Positions 17,062 to 25,917 of a DNA stretch of 55,694 nucleotides are shown piece after piece. Origin of the DNA: a virus (Duplodnaviria; Caudoviricetes). A program made the translations under genes and the position numbers. The notes beneath the pieces were generated by a model. It was not told where the DNA came from. It saw only the letters and a list, made by a program, of their open reading frames with translations, and ran no database searches. The DNA is taken from positions 1 to 55,694 of IMG/VR virus record IMGVR_UViG_3300035683_000205; one strand, given 5' to 3'. Position 1 is the first letter of the stretch, and each line of letters begins with the position of its first letter.

Positions 17062-17579
17062 CCGCCGAGGCTATGCTGGCGGAGGCGCGCGCCGCTCGGG
17101 GGCTCCCCGCCCCGGCCGAGGCGCTCGTGCCGATGGAGGAGGTGGTGCGCGAGTCCGGCCGCTGCCGCAAGACGGTGATGCGGCACGCCGGCGCGCAGGT
17201 GGTGCGGCTCCCCGGTTCGCCGCGGGCGGCCTGGCTGCGGAAGGCCGATGCCGCGCGTCTCGTGAACGACCTGCGGCAGCAGGATCCCGACGGGCCGGAC
17301 AGGCTCTGCAAGCGGTGTGGCGAGGAGTTCCCGGCGAAGTTCTTCACGCACTGCGGCAACGCCGGCACCGACACGTGCAACGCGTGCTACGCCGAGCTGT
17401 ACGGACCTCGGCGCCTCGTCCTCTGCGGCGGCGGGTGCGGACGTAGGTTCCAGACTCGCGCGCCGGAGGGCGTCGATGCGCTGTGCCGGACGTGCCGCAA
17501 GGCCGGAGCGCTTTCGCAGGTTCATGCTGACCAAAAGCGACAGGAATCCGGCGGGGTTCGGGAGGGTTCTCAGCCGTGA
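17058..17579 (+). CDS. HTH plus multiple CxxC Zn-finger protein
   Basis: MEEVVRESGRCRKTVMRH; CKRC, CNAC, CGGGC, CRTC. Confidence 0.6.
   Translation: MTAEAMLAEARAARGLPAPAEALVPMEEVVRESGRCRKTVMRHAGAQVVRLPGSPRAAWLRKADAARLVNDLRQQDPDGPDRLCKRCGEEFPAKFFTHCGNAGTDTCNACYAELYGPRRLVLCGGGCGRRFQTRAPEGVDALCRTCRKAGALSQVHADQKRQESGGVREGSQP
17527..17541 (+). repeat. Dispersed motif CTGACCAAAAGCGAC, copy 2
   Basis: Exact match, ending 35 bp upstream of the initiator start. Confidence 0.85.
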
Positions 17580-18928
17580 CGCCGGACCTGGCGGCGCAGC
17601 GCGACGCCCTGCGGAAGCTCCCCAAGGAGGAGCTGGTGGAGCGGCTGGCCGCGGTGGCGGCCGTCACCGTCGACCCGCGCATCTCCGCGAACACGGCGCG
17701 GCTCGTCACCCACGTCGCGCTGCTGGGGAAGGGGCTGCACCCGCTCCCCGAGCCGGAACTCCGCGCGCTGCTCCGCTGTGACGGTGACAAGCCCGTCCGC
17801 GCGGCCAAGAAGGACGGCGAGCACTACGGCTACCTGAAGAAGGTGGACGGGGGGTCCACCCCGGACCGCCTGGGGTTCCTCCCTTGGGTCTGTGCCGCCC
17901 TCCGGGGCGGCACAGACGGGGGTGCATCCGCCCCTCAGGGCGGTACGGCGCACGATTCACCCGCCCCCCAAGGCGGGTCTGATCCCGTCTCTCCCGCCCT
18001 GGGGGGCGGCACAACCGAGGGTGGCGTTTCTCCCTCCCCTGAGGGCGGCACAGATGGGGCCCCTCGCGCGCCCGCTTCCTTATCCGGGGTTTACACCCCG
18101 GTAGATACTCAACCAGCAGCTGCAGTTGTAGCCGCAGCGCCCGCGAACGGCGGCGGCGACAACGACGACGGATTTGGGGCGGAGGGGGACCTGGACGGCG
18201 AGGTGCCAGCCGTGGGCCCCCCGCCGCGGCCGGAGGGCGTCACCGCGGCGGAAATCATGGCCAGGGCGCTCCGCAACATGGAGTCCGCCGCGAGGGAGTT
18301 CCGGCGGGGGATCGAAAACCCGACTGCGGCCCGGGCCTTCTGGGCGGACGCTCGGCTGATTGCCCGCGGCGAGGAGCGGTCGGTCTGGATCGACCCGAGG
18401 CCGGAGGCGAAGGGATTGGAGCCCGCGCCCTGGTGGGACCGCGCGAGGCTGTTTCGACTGGCCCTCAGCTTCATGCTCCGCCCAACCACCGACAAGAGCC
18501 ACCGCGGAGATCTCCGCGGCGCCATCCGCCTGGCGCTCCAGAAACAGTACGACCCTGAGAAGCTCCGCACGGCCGGGACCCCCGTCCCCGGCACCCCCCA
18601 CGCGCAGCAGGAAGCCCGGTACCAGACCACCGGCGGCGCCGCCGAGAAGCCGGGGGGCTCCCGCCAGCTCTACGGGCATCAGGGCAGTCCGACCCCCGTC
18701 GCCGACGTGCTGGCGACCGTGGTGCCGCCCGAGGCGCGCGCCGTCGATGCGTGGCTGTCCGACCCCGCCAACCGACAGAAAGCGCGCGAGCTGATCCGCG
18801 AGGGCCGCAGGGCGTTCCCGCGCCGGCAGGGCGCCCTCCCTCCGGCTGCGCGCCGGAAAGCATTGCGCATCGACCTGCGTAAGCGGGTCGCAACCCTGAT
18901 TCAATCCTCAAAAAGCGAGGCCGCATGA
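17576..18928 (+). CDS. Lambda O-like replication initiator
   Basis: N-terminal wHTH-like region, then a low-complexity linker encoded by iterons; typical position. Confidence 0.65.
   Translation: MTPDLAAQRDALRKLPKEELVERLAAVAAVTVDPRISANTARLVTHVALLGKGLHPLPEPELRALLRCDGDKPVRAAKKDGEHYGYLKKVDGGSTPDRLGFLPWVCAALRGGTDGGASAPQGGTAHDSPAPQGGSDPVSPALGGGTTEGGVSPSPEGGTDGAPRAPASLSGVYTPVDTQPAAAVVAAAPANGGGDNDDGFGAEGDLDGEVPAVGPPPRPEGVTAAEIMARALRNMESAAREFRRGIENPTAARAFWADARLIARGEERSVWIDPRPEAKGLEPAPWWDRARLFRLALSFMLRPTTDKSHRGDLRGAIRLALQKQYDPEKLRTAGTPVPGTPHAQQEARYQTTGGAAEKPGGSRQLYGHQGSPTPVADVLATVVPPEARAVDAWLSDPANRQKARELIREGRRAFPRRQGALPPAARRKALRIDLRKRVATLIQSSKSEAA
17890..18110. promoter_or_regulatory. Putative phage replication origin: five palindromic iterons plus an AT-richer tract
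   Basis: CCGCCC-N4-GGGCGG (up to 1 mismatch) at 17895, 17928, 17961, 17994, 18033. Confidence 0.75.
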
Positions 18929-19377
18929 ACGATCAGGACCTGTCCCATGTACCCGCCGCGACGCTGTTGCAGCGGCTTGAGGCCGCCGAACGAGCGCTGG
19001 CGCAAGCCGACCTGGAGGAGACCCGGCCGGCCGGAGACCGGCGCCTCCGCCTCCGTGAAGCGCTGCGGTCGCAGAACGCCGTGCGCGCGGAACTGCTCCG
19101 CCGCCTGCAGCCGGCGGAGGCGAGCCAACCAGAGCGCGGCGCGACCCGCGAGGAGCGCCAGCAGATGGACGTGGAGCACGCCGCCGCAGCGCGCCGCTTT
19201 CTCGCCGATCTGGAGGTCAACCCGGAGGAGCCGGGGGCGGAGTTCTGGGTGCCCGCCCCGGACGAGGCGCCCATCGCATACGACCGGCACGGCCGCCCGA
19301 GGGTGCCGGACCTCGCCCCGCCCACGCGCGCCGGTCACCTGGTCTGCGGCATCGCCGCGGACCTGTGGCCGCACTGA
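18925..19377 (+). CDS. Hypothetical protein
   Basis: ATGA overlap, GAGG SD. Confidence 0.6.
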   Translation: MNDQDLSHVPAATLLQRLEAAERALAQADLEETRPAGDRRLRLREALRSQNAVRAELLRRLQPAEASQPERGATREERQQMDVEHAAAARRFLADLEVNPEEPGAEFWVPAPDEAPIAYDRHGRPRVPDLAPPTRAGHLVCGIAADLWPH

Positions 19378-19384
19378 GGTAGCC

Positions 19385-19543
19385 ATGGCAGACCGCAAGC
19401 GGGGCAAGAAGAAGCCGCACCCCTTCCGGCGCCGGCGTCCCGGGAAGGCGCCGAACCCCGATCCCCAGATCCTGATCAACCTGCGCGAGGACGCGCTCCT
19501 GCGGATCCGGCGACCGGCACGCCGCCGCCGAGAGGAGGCGTAG
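19385..19543 (+). CDS. Small Arg/Lys-rich protein
   Basis: GAGGT SD; MADRKRGKKKPHPFRRRR. Confidence 0.5.
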   Translation: MADRKRGKKKPHPFRRRRPGKAPNPDPQILINLREDALLRIRRPARRRREEA

Positions 19544-19544
19544 T

Positions 19545-20735
19545 ATGGCCATCCAGCCAACCCTGTTCGAAGGGTCGCGCTTGACCCTGGACGGCGCACT
19601 CGACCTCACCGCGGCGTCGTTGCTGGAGTACGCTCAGAAGTACCGCCATTGGGTGTTCACGTTCAGCGGCGGGAAGGACAGCACTGCGACGCTGACGGTG
19701 GTCCTGCACCTGATCCGCACCGGCCGGGTGCCGCGACCCGACACCATCACCGTGCTGATGAGCGACACGCGGATGGAGCTGCTCCCGCTCCACTTCTCCG
19801 CCATGCAGCTGCTCCGCTACGTCGAGCGGGAGCATGGGGTGGACGTTCGCATCGTCCAGCCTCCGCTGGACCACCGCTGGTGGGTCTACATGCTGGGGCG
19901 AGGCGTGCCGCCGTCCGGCGCTCGGTTCAGGTGGTGCGTTGGCCTGTTGAAGCTCAACCCCATGTGGGAAGAGCAACAGCGGCTCAAGGACGAGCACGGC
20001 GAGCTGCTGATCCTCACCGGCGTGAGGATCGGGGAGAGCGCGGCTCGTGACCAGCGCATCGCCGTCGCCTGCAGCAGGGACGGAACCGAGTGCTCCCAGG
20101 GCTATTTCCAGCGCGACACGCCGAAGAACCTCGGCGCGATCCTGGCCCCCATCATCCACTGGCGCGTGTGCCACGTGTGGGACTGGCTCACGTTCTTCGC
20201 TCCGGAGGCGGGCTTCCCCACCTCCGCGGTAGCGGAAGCGTACGGCGGGGACGAAGCGGAGGAGATCAACGCCCGGACAGGGTGCACCGGATGCCCGGTG
20301 GCCAGCAAGGACCTGGCGCTCACCACCGTGATCATCACCTACCCGGAGGAATGGGGGTACCTCGCTCCGCTCCGCGAGCTCCGCGTGCTGTACGCCACGC
20401 TCAGGCGCAAGGAGCACCGCCTCCGCCAGCCAGGCGGGGAGACGAACGCGGACGGCTCTCTCGCAGCGAAACAGCACCGCATGGGGCCCCTCAAGCTGCC
20501 GTCGCGGCTCTGGGCGCTGGAGGTGGTGCTCGACATTCAGCGGCGCGTTAACGCTGAGGCAGACCAGATTGGAAGGCCGCGCGTTGACCTGATCGACACG
20601 GAGGAGGAGGCGCGCATCCGCGAGTTGGTGGCCGCGGAGACTTGGCCGCGGAAGTGGAGCGGGGAGGAACCCGGGGCTGATGAGTTTTTCGCTGAGGCGG
20701 GCGACCTGTTCACGTCTTCGAAGGGGGGCTCGTGA
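19545..20735 (+). CDS. PAPS reductase family (DndC-like) PP-loop protein
   Basis: FSGGKDS, SDT..E, RWC...LK..P, GVR..ES..R, RTGCTGC. Confidence 0.9.
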   Translation: MAIQPTLFEGSRLTLDGALDLTAASLLEYAQKYRHWVFTFSGGKDSTATLTVVLHLIRTGRVPRPDTITVLMSDTRMELLPLHFSAMQLLRYVEREHGVDVRIVQPPLDHRWWVYMLGRGVPPSGARFRWCVGLLKLNPMWEEQQRLKDEHGELLILTGVRIGESAARDQRIAVACSRDGTECSQGYFQRDTPKNLGAILAPIIHWRVCHVWDWLTFFAPEAGFPTSAVAEAYGGDEAEEINARTGCTGCPVASKDLALTTVIITYPEEWGYLAPLRELRVLYATLRRKEHRLRQPGGETNADGSLAAKQHRMGPLKLPSRLWALEVVLDIQRRVNAEADQIGRPRVDLIDTEEEARIRELVAAETWPRKWSGEEPGADEFFAEAGDLFTSSKGGS

Positions 20736-21343
20736 CGATGCGCTACACCTACCTCGGCGACACCTGGACCCGCCAGGACCTTCGCGGTGCGCTGTGCGAT
20801 GCCGTCCCCCGCCACGACGGAAAGTGCATCACGCGCCGGGGCTCCATGCTGGTGCGCTTCGCCAGCGGAGAGACTCACGTGGTGCTGGTGCGCCGGCTGC
20901 GCGTGAACCCCTACCCGGCGGCCCGCAGCGCAAGTGGGGGGCATCGTTTGGGGCGGATCGTCCTGCGGAAACACGAGAGCGGGTTCCGACTCCATCCGCT
21001 CTGCGGGCCCGCCGTGGCGGAGCACCGGGAGCGGATCCGGGTGATCCTCCCGCCCATGTGTCCGCACTCCAAGAACCCTCGCAAAGGGAGCGCGGTGGTG
21101 CTGGAGTACGCACCCGCCGGCGAGGTGCTGGAGTCGTACAGCGTGCGGCAGGTCGTCAAGCAGTTCGTGGGGGGCTTCGCTGGCCGGGGGAAGTACGGCC
21201 CGATCCGCGACATGGAGGGGATGCTGCGCACCTTCGTCCAAATGGCCGCCGACGCGCTCCGGGTGCCGGTCGTGGGGCGGGCAGTGCTGGTGCTGGACAC
21301 CGGTCGGAAGGAAGTGGACCTGCTCGCGGAGCCCGAGCCGTGA
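20732..21343 (+). CDS. Hypothetical protein
   Basis: GTGA overlaps with both neighbours. Confidence 0.6.
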   Translation: MTMRYTYLGDTWTRQDLRGALCDAVPRHDGKCITRRGSMLVRFASGETHVVLVRRLRVNPYPAARSASGGHRLGRIVLRKHESGFRLHPLCGPAVAEHRERIRVILPPMCPHSKNPRKGSAVVLEYAPAGEVLESYSVRQVVKQFVGGFAGRGKYGPIRDMEGMLRTFVQMAADALRVPVVGRAVLVLDTGRKEVDLLAEPEP

Positions 21344-22692
21344 CGCGCTACTTCGCCGCGGTGTCCCGAGTGGACAGCATCAAGCGGCAGGGGGTGCCAG
21401 TCCCGCTCCCGGAGTGGCTGGAGCACCAGCCAGATGGGTTGCTCACGTCGCTCGCGCACCCCGCGCCCTGGATCGCTGGCCGGGATGAACCTGCCATCGT
21501 CGACTGCGGGGCCCCGAAGTACATCCGGGAGCCGGTTCCGCGGCTGGGCCGCCACCTTGTCACGCCCGCGTACGCCCTCGATCGATACCTCCCGCTCTCG
21601 AAGCCGGGGGGCCGGATTGTCGCCCCGGACCACATCCTCGCCCCCGGACTCCCGGATCCGGAGGGCCGCCGCCGGTTCAACCGCGAGAGCGCAGTGGAAT
21701 TCCTGCAGCTCGATCACCGTGGCCGCATCCCCATGGCGGCCGTGCACGGGGAGAGCGTGCCGGAGCGCGTGGAGCGCGCGGTGGAGCTGGCAGAGGTGGG
21801 CTACCAGAGCCTGGCAGTGGGCGGGCTGGTGAAGCGCTCGCGGCAGACGGCGTTCTGCATCGACGTGGTGGGCCGGATCCGCCGCGCAGTCCCGGGTGTG
21901 TACCTCCACGTGCTGGGGCTGTCGGCGCTGCACTTCGTCGCCGCCTGGCGCAGCCTGGGGGTGGACAGCTGCGACAGCGCGAGCCCGATCCGCCAGGCAC
22001 TCAACGGCGCCTTCTGGGAGCACGCCCACGGCGACCTGGTGGAACACTCGGCCGTCGGCGAGGGGGAGGCGCCCACTGCTCCGATCTGCGACTGCCCCGC
22101 GTGTGCGGGTCTCCGCTTGGAGGGCATCGACACCCGAACGTTCGGGAGCAACGAACACAACATCGGCCGCGGGGCGCACAACCTAGGGCAGTACCTCGCC
22201 GCGCTATCTCACACCGCCCGCCCGGCGCTGGTGCTGGTGTCGTGCGTCAAGGGCAAGCATCGCCTTCCGCTGCCCGCCGCCGACCTCTACGAGAGCGACT
22301 GGTTTCGCAAGGCACGGGCGTACGCGGAGCACCAGGGCGGGCGCTGGATGATCCTCTCCGCAGAGCACGGGTTGCTGGACCCCGCTCAGGTGGTGCAGCC
22401 ATATGAGCGCAGCTTGTACGACATGGGCGCGCCGGAGCGGGAGGCCTGGGCCGGCCGCGTCGTGGGGCAACTTCTCGCCGTGCTTAAACGTGGCGAGCGG
22501 GTGGAGATCCTCGCGGGCAAGCCCTACCGGCAGCACCTCGTCCCGGCGCTTCTGGCCGCGGGGCGCGAGGTGACTGTTCCAATGGCGGGGATGGAGATCG
22601 GGCAACAGAAGGCGTGGCTGCTGCGAGCCGTCCGCGGCCGCGTCGTACAGCAGGTTGAGCAAAGCGACCTGTTCCGGAGCGAGGCCGCGTGA
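21340..22692 (+). CDS. TGT/DpdA-like transglycosylase fused to a DUF6884-like domain
   Basis: DCGA, APD, VHG, AVGG, HVLG, DSCDS, CDCPAC..HN Zn site; then LVSC..K..PA.DLY.S..F..A..YA..W.ILSA.HGL..P....PYE. Confidence 0.85.
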   Translation: MTRYFAAVSRVDSIKRQGVPVPLPEWLEHQPDGLLTSLAHPAPWIAGRDEPAIVDCGAPKYIREPVPRLGRHLVTPAYALDRYLPLSKPGGRIVAPDHILAPGLPDPEGRRRFNRESAVEFLQLDHRGRIPMAAVHGESVPERVERAVELAEVGYQSLAVGGLVKRSRQTAFCIDVVGRIRRAVPGVYLHVLGLSALHFVAAWRSLGVDSCDSASPIRQALNGAFWEHAHGDLVEHSAVGEGEAPTAPICDCPACAGLRLEGIDTRTFGSNEHNIGRGAHNLGQYLAALSHTARPALVLVSCVKGKHRLPLPAADLYESDWFRKARAYAEHQGGRWMILSAEHGLLDPAQVVQPYERSLYDMGAPEREAWAGRVVGQLLAVLKRGERVEILAGKPYRQHLVPALLAAGREVTVPMAGMEIGQQKAWLLRAVRGRVVQQVEQSDLFRSEAA

Positions 22693-23510
22693 GCGCCCCC
22701 GGCGTGGAGGTGCGGCTCCTCCGCCGCGTCGCGCATGGTGGCCCGGAAAGCTTCACCGGCGCGCAGCACGCGGTGGGCGCCTGGCACTACCTGGAGAAGC
22801 CTGTGGACCCCCGCGCCAGGCCGGAGGCGTGGGGCATCTACCTGACGGCCGTACCCGGCGAGCTCGCCGGGTACCTGATCGTCGGCTGGCCGGAGGCGAC
22901 CCGCTGCTACGCGCCCGCGGATGCGGCGGTCGCCGCACTGGAGCGGGACGTCCCGCTGGTGCTGGCGCCGCGGGTCCGCGCCCGCGAGGTCCGCCGCCGC
23001 CTCGGCGAGCTGCCGGGGTGGTACGGCTCGGTGGCCGACGTCGCGGCGGGGCGGGCAGTGGTCAGCCGGTGGCAGGTCCTGAACCTCGCCCGGGTGTGGT
23101 TGTTCCCCCGATTTCAGGCGGGCGGCGCGTACCACTGGCGCGAGCTGCTGCCTGGCTTCGTGGACCGCCGCGGCAGGTGGCGCTCCGCCCTGGGCTCCGC
23201 GGCGCTGCGCGCCCTCGTCGGCGCCGTCGGCGCCGGGTACCTCTGCACCCGGCCGCCCTGCTTCCTGGGGGAGCCGTACGAGGTGCGCTGGCTCCTCTCC
23301 TATTGCGACACCCGGATCCACCGCGGCACCCTGTACGCCGCCGCCGGGTGGGAGCTGTACCGCACGAACAGCGAGGGCATCCAGACCTGGCGCACCCCGC
23401 TCCCCGCCCTCTCCGCCGCGGAGGACGCGGCCGTGCGCAGCGCGGCGGCCGTCAACCCGCGGTCCCAAGCTCACCGGGAGCGGCGCTCCCAGCTCGCCCT
23501 GGAGGTGTGA
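22689..23510 (+). CDS. Mom-like GNAT-fold DNA modification protein
   Basis: WHYL, NLARVW and LLSYCD...HRGTLYAAAGW match the Mom-family SY.D..H.G..Y.A..W signature. Confidence 0.8.
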   Translation: MSAPGVEVRLLRRVAHGGPESFTGAQHAVGAWHYLEKPVDPRARPEAWGIYLTAVPGELAGYLIVGWPEATRCYAPADAAVAALERDVPLVLAPRVRAREVRRRLGELPGWYGSVADVAAGRAVVSRWQVLNLARVWLFPRFQAGGAYHWRELLPGFVDRRGRWRSALGSAALRALVGAVGAGYLCTRPPCFLGEPYEVRWLLSYCDTRIHRGTLYAAAGWELYRTNSEGIQTWRTPLPALSAAEDAAVRSAAAVNPRSQAHRERRSQLALEV

Positions 23511-23887
23511 CGGTGTCACGCGCCGATCAGCACCCCGACTTCACCCGTTCCGCGCCGGAGCTGCGCTGGGCGGGCAAGCTTCCGGACCTGTTTGACCAGC
23601 TGCGGAACGCCGCCGTGTTGCAGCCGGGTACCTGGCACATGCGTGTGCTGCCGGGCGGCGCCTGGGTGGGGATGCACTTCGACGCCTCGCGCGACGTCGG
23701 CGCCGGGCTCACCCTTCGAATCCAGCGAAGTGAGCCCGGCCGCACCCCGGACGCGGACCGACTGTGGCGCGCCGAGGTGGCCACCTTCGCGCGGAAATCC
23801 CCTGTGGCCGGCTGGGAGATCACCTTCGGCACGCACTCGAAAGGTGGTCCCCGCGCCACCTTTCGCTCGCCCATGGACCTCGGCTGA
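23507..23887 (+). CDS. Hypothetical protein
   Basis: GTGA overlap with the Mom-like gene. Confidence 0.55.
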   Translation: MTVSRADQHPDFTRSAPELRWAGKLPDLFDQLRNAAVLQPGTWHMRVLPGGAWVGMHFDASRDVGAGLTLRIQRSEPGRTPDADRLWRAEVATFARKSPVAGWEITFGTHSKGGPRATFRSPMDLG

Positions 23888-24012
23888 CGATCTCAGATGG
23901 GGTTGATGCGCGACGACGGGCACGCCCTCGCAGCCCTTTATGGAAGGGGCTACGCTACGCATATTCACGGTGGAGACCTTGCGGTCCCCGCCCTATTTCG
24001 CCTGGAGGACGC

Positions 24013-24510
24013 ATGCACGAACTTGACGCATCCGACTTCACCCTGGACCTGAGCGTGCTGCACGAGAGCACCGTCCGCGCGCTCGCCACCACTCCCTGGC
24101 GGGTGGTGGAGACGGAGCCCATGCACAAGGGCGTGCTGAAGGTCCAGACGCCCGCCGGCAACGTCTACGCGGTGCAGGCGGTGCAGCCCACGGAGGAGCG
24201 GCTGCGCATGTGGTTCGAGTCGTTCCAGGGCAGCGTGGCGCGCTGGCTCGCGCTCCCGCTCCACACGCCCGGCGTGTACGGGGTGACGGTGTACAGCGTC
24301 GGCCCCACGATGTGGCGCGTGGAGCCGGCCGACTCGCCCGAGAGCGGCATGCACATCGTGTCGGAGGATGGCGCGAGCCGGGCCCGGCTGGAGCACCCTG
24401 CCGGCCTGGTGATCAGCCCGTGGGACCTGCACGAGTACGGCATGAACGCGCTGCGCCAGGCGGCCGAGCGGGCGGCGGAGATCCGTCGCCGCCTGGGGAG
24501 GTTCACGTGA
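24013..24510 (+). CDS. Hypothetical protein
   Basis: GGAGG SD, strong GC3 bias. Confidence 0.7.
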   Translation: MHELDASDFTLDLSVLHESTVRALATTPWRVVETEPMHKGVLKVQTPAGNVYAVQAVQPTEERLRMWFESFQGSVARWLALPLHTPGVYGVTVYSVGPTMWRVEPADSPESGMHIVSEDGASRARLEHPAGLVISPWDLHEYGMNALRQAAERAAEIRRRLGRFT

Positions 24511-24788
24511 GGCGCATCGTGCGGGACGATCTCCCGGGCGGGTTCATCGGCGATGGCGTGGCGGAGCTCGCCCGCGAGCTCGCCGAGGGGGACGCGGCCA
24601 AGCGGGAGATGCACGGGGCGCTGCGGGTGCTCGCGCTGGTGCTGGAGCGCAGCGGCGGGAACATCACCCTCACGCGGGCGGAGCTGGAGGACGTGCAGCT
24701 GAACCCCGACCGCTCCCCGGTCCTGTCCGTCCACCACGACCCGGAGGCGGACGCCTACACCATCCGCGCCGCCCGGAGGACACCATGA
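24507..24788 (+). CDS. Hypothetical protein
   Basis: Coupled at both ends. Confidence 0.65.
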   Translation: MRRIVRDDLPGGFIGDGVAELARELAEGDAAKREMHGALRVLALVLERSGGNITLTRAELEDVQLNPDRSPVLSVHHDPEADAYTIRAARRTP

Positions 24789-25825
24789 GCCGCCGCCACC
24801 GCGCACGTCGTCACCTGATCCGACGCAACATGGAGCAGCCCCCGCGCCAGTCGGTGACGGAGTGGGCGGAGAGGGCGCGGGAGCGCCTGAGCCCCCCGAC
24901 GCCAGGTGAGCGCTTCGCGGCCCTGCTGGCGGGCCCGCCGCTGCGCGACCCGCCCCCGCAGCTCCGCGCGCTCTCGTCCCCGCTGCTGCCGTACTTCGCA
25001 CGGGAGGTGCTGCCCGAGGACCTGTTCCCGCCGATGGCCTTCTCGCCGCGCTACCTCGCGCTGGACGCCGCCGGGCCGCACTCCGTCTACGTGTCGAACG
25101 ACGGCGGTCCGCCCCGGCTCCTCGGCCAGGTCACGGGCCCCGTGGTGTTCTCCAGCGCCGGCTACGACGTCACCCCCGCCGGCGTGGAGTACACCACCAT
25201 GAGGTGGGACGAGCTGGGGCGCGGCGAGGTGCGCGCCTCCGGCAACGTGACGTGGGACGAGGCGGCCGACCCGCTGGCCGACATCCAGGAGGCGGTGCGG
25301 CAGCTCCGCGCCCGCGCGATCGCCGGGGATCCGTTCGTCCCCTTCCCCGGCTGGACGCTCCTCCCGGACGCGGTGGACCGCGCCCGCGCTGCGGGGATCG
25401 ACGCGGCGCGGTTCATGGATGCGGCGCTGGGCGAGCCGTGGCCGGAAGGGCAGGGGAGCACCGGGCTCGTGTGGGACGAGCCGCGCACCTACTCCACCGA
25501 GGATCTGCTGGACCCGCTGCGGACGGTGCGCGAGGAGCTGAAGCCTGCGGAGGACGAGCCGGCGGCCATCGTCGTGCTGGGGGCCGGGGGACACGCCGTC
25601 GTCACCCTGCTGCCGAAGGCGACGGAGGAGAGCGTCGCGCTGCTGTTCGGCGAGGGCCAGGCGCACCAGGTGGAGGAGTTCCGGCGCATGCACCCCGGCC
25701 GCGCGCTGCTGGTGCTGGGCTCCGACGCCTACCGCAAGTGGATGAAGACGATTCCCACGGTGGACGGGGACGCACGCACGCTGCACTCCTTCGGCCTCCC
25801 GGTGTACCACACCCGGCAGGAGTAG
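24785..25825 (+). CDS. Hypothetical protein
   Basis: GGAGG SD, 346-aa ORF with coding bias. Confidence 0.7.
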   Translation: MSRRHRARRHLIRRNMEQPPRQSVTEWAERARERLSPPTPGERFAALLAGPPLRDPPPQLRALSSPLLPYFAREVLPEDLFPPMAFSPRYLALDAAGPHSVYVSNDGGPPRLLGQVTGPVVFSSAGYDVTPAGVEYTTMRWDELGRGEVRASGNVTWDEAADPLADIQEAVRQLRARAIAGDPFVPFPGWTLLPDAVDRARAAGIDAARFMDAALGEPWPEGQGSTGLVWDEPRTYSTEDLLDPLRTVREELKPAEDEPAAIVVLGAGGHAVVTLLPKATEESVALLFGEGQAHQVEEFRRMHPGRALLVLGSDAYRKWMKTIPTVDGDARTLHSFGLPVYHTRQE

Positions 25826-25873
25826 CGCGGATGGGGCGAACCGCCCACGCCCGGGCGGTTCATTGCGCCCCTA

Positions 25874-25888
25874 CTGACCAAAAGCGAC
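25874..25888 (+). repeat. Dispersed motif CTGACCAAAAGCGAC, copy 3
   Basis: Exact match, intergenic, directly after a hairpin. Confidence 0.85.
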
Positions 25889-25917
25889 CAGAATCAACCT
25901 TCAACCTTCGGAGTGCC

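Noticed and set aside
19545-22692. Complete dnd phosphorothioation or dpd restriction-modification system
   Set aside because: No DndA/B/D/E, DpdB-K or Que biosynthesis genes were recognised; gene symbols were withheld.
25240-25445. Capsid-like WDEAADPLADI and terminase-like FMDAALGEPW snippets in the 24785 ORF
   Set aside because: Too short to support homology by eye.
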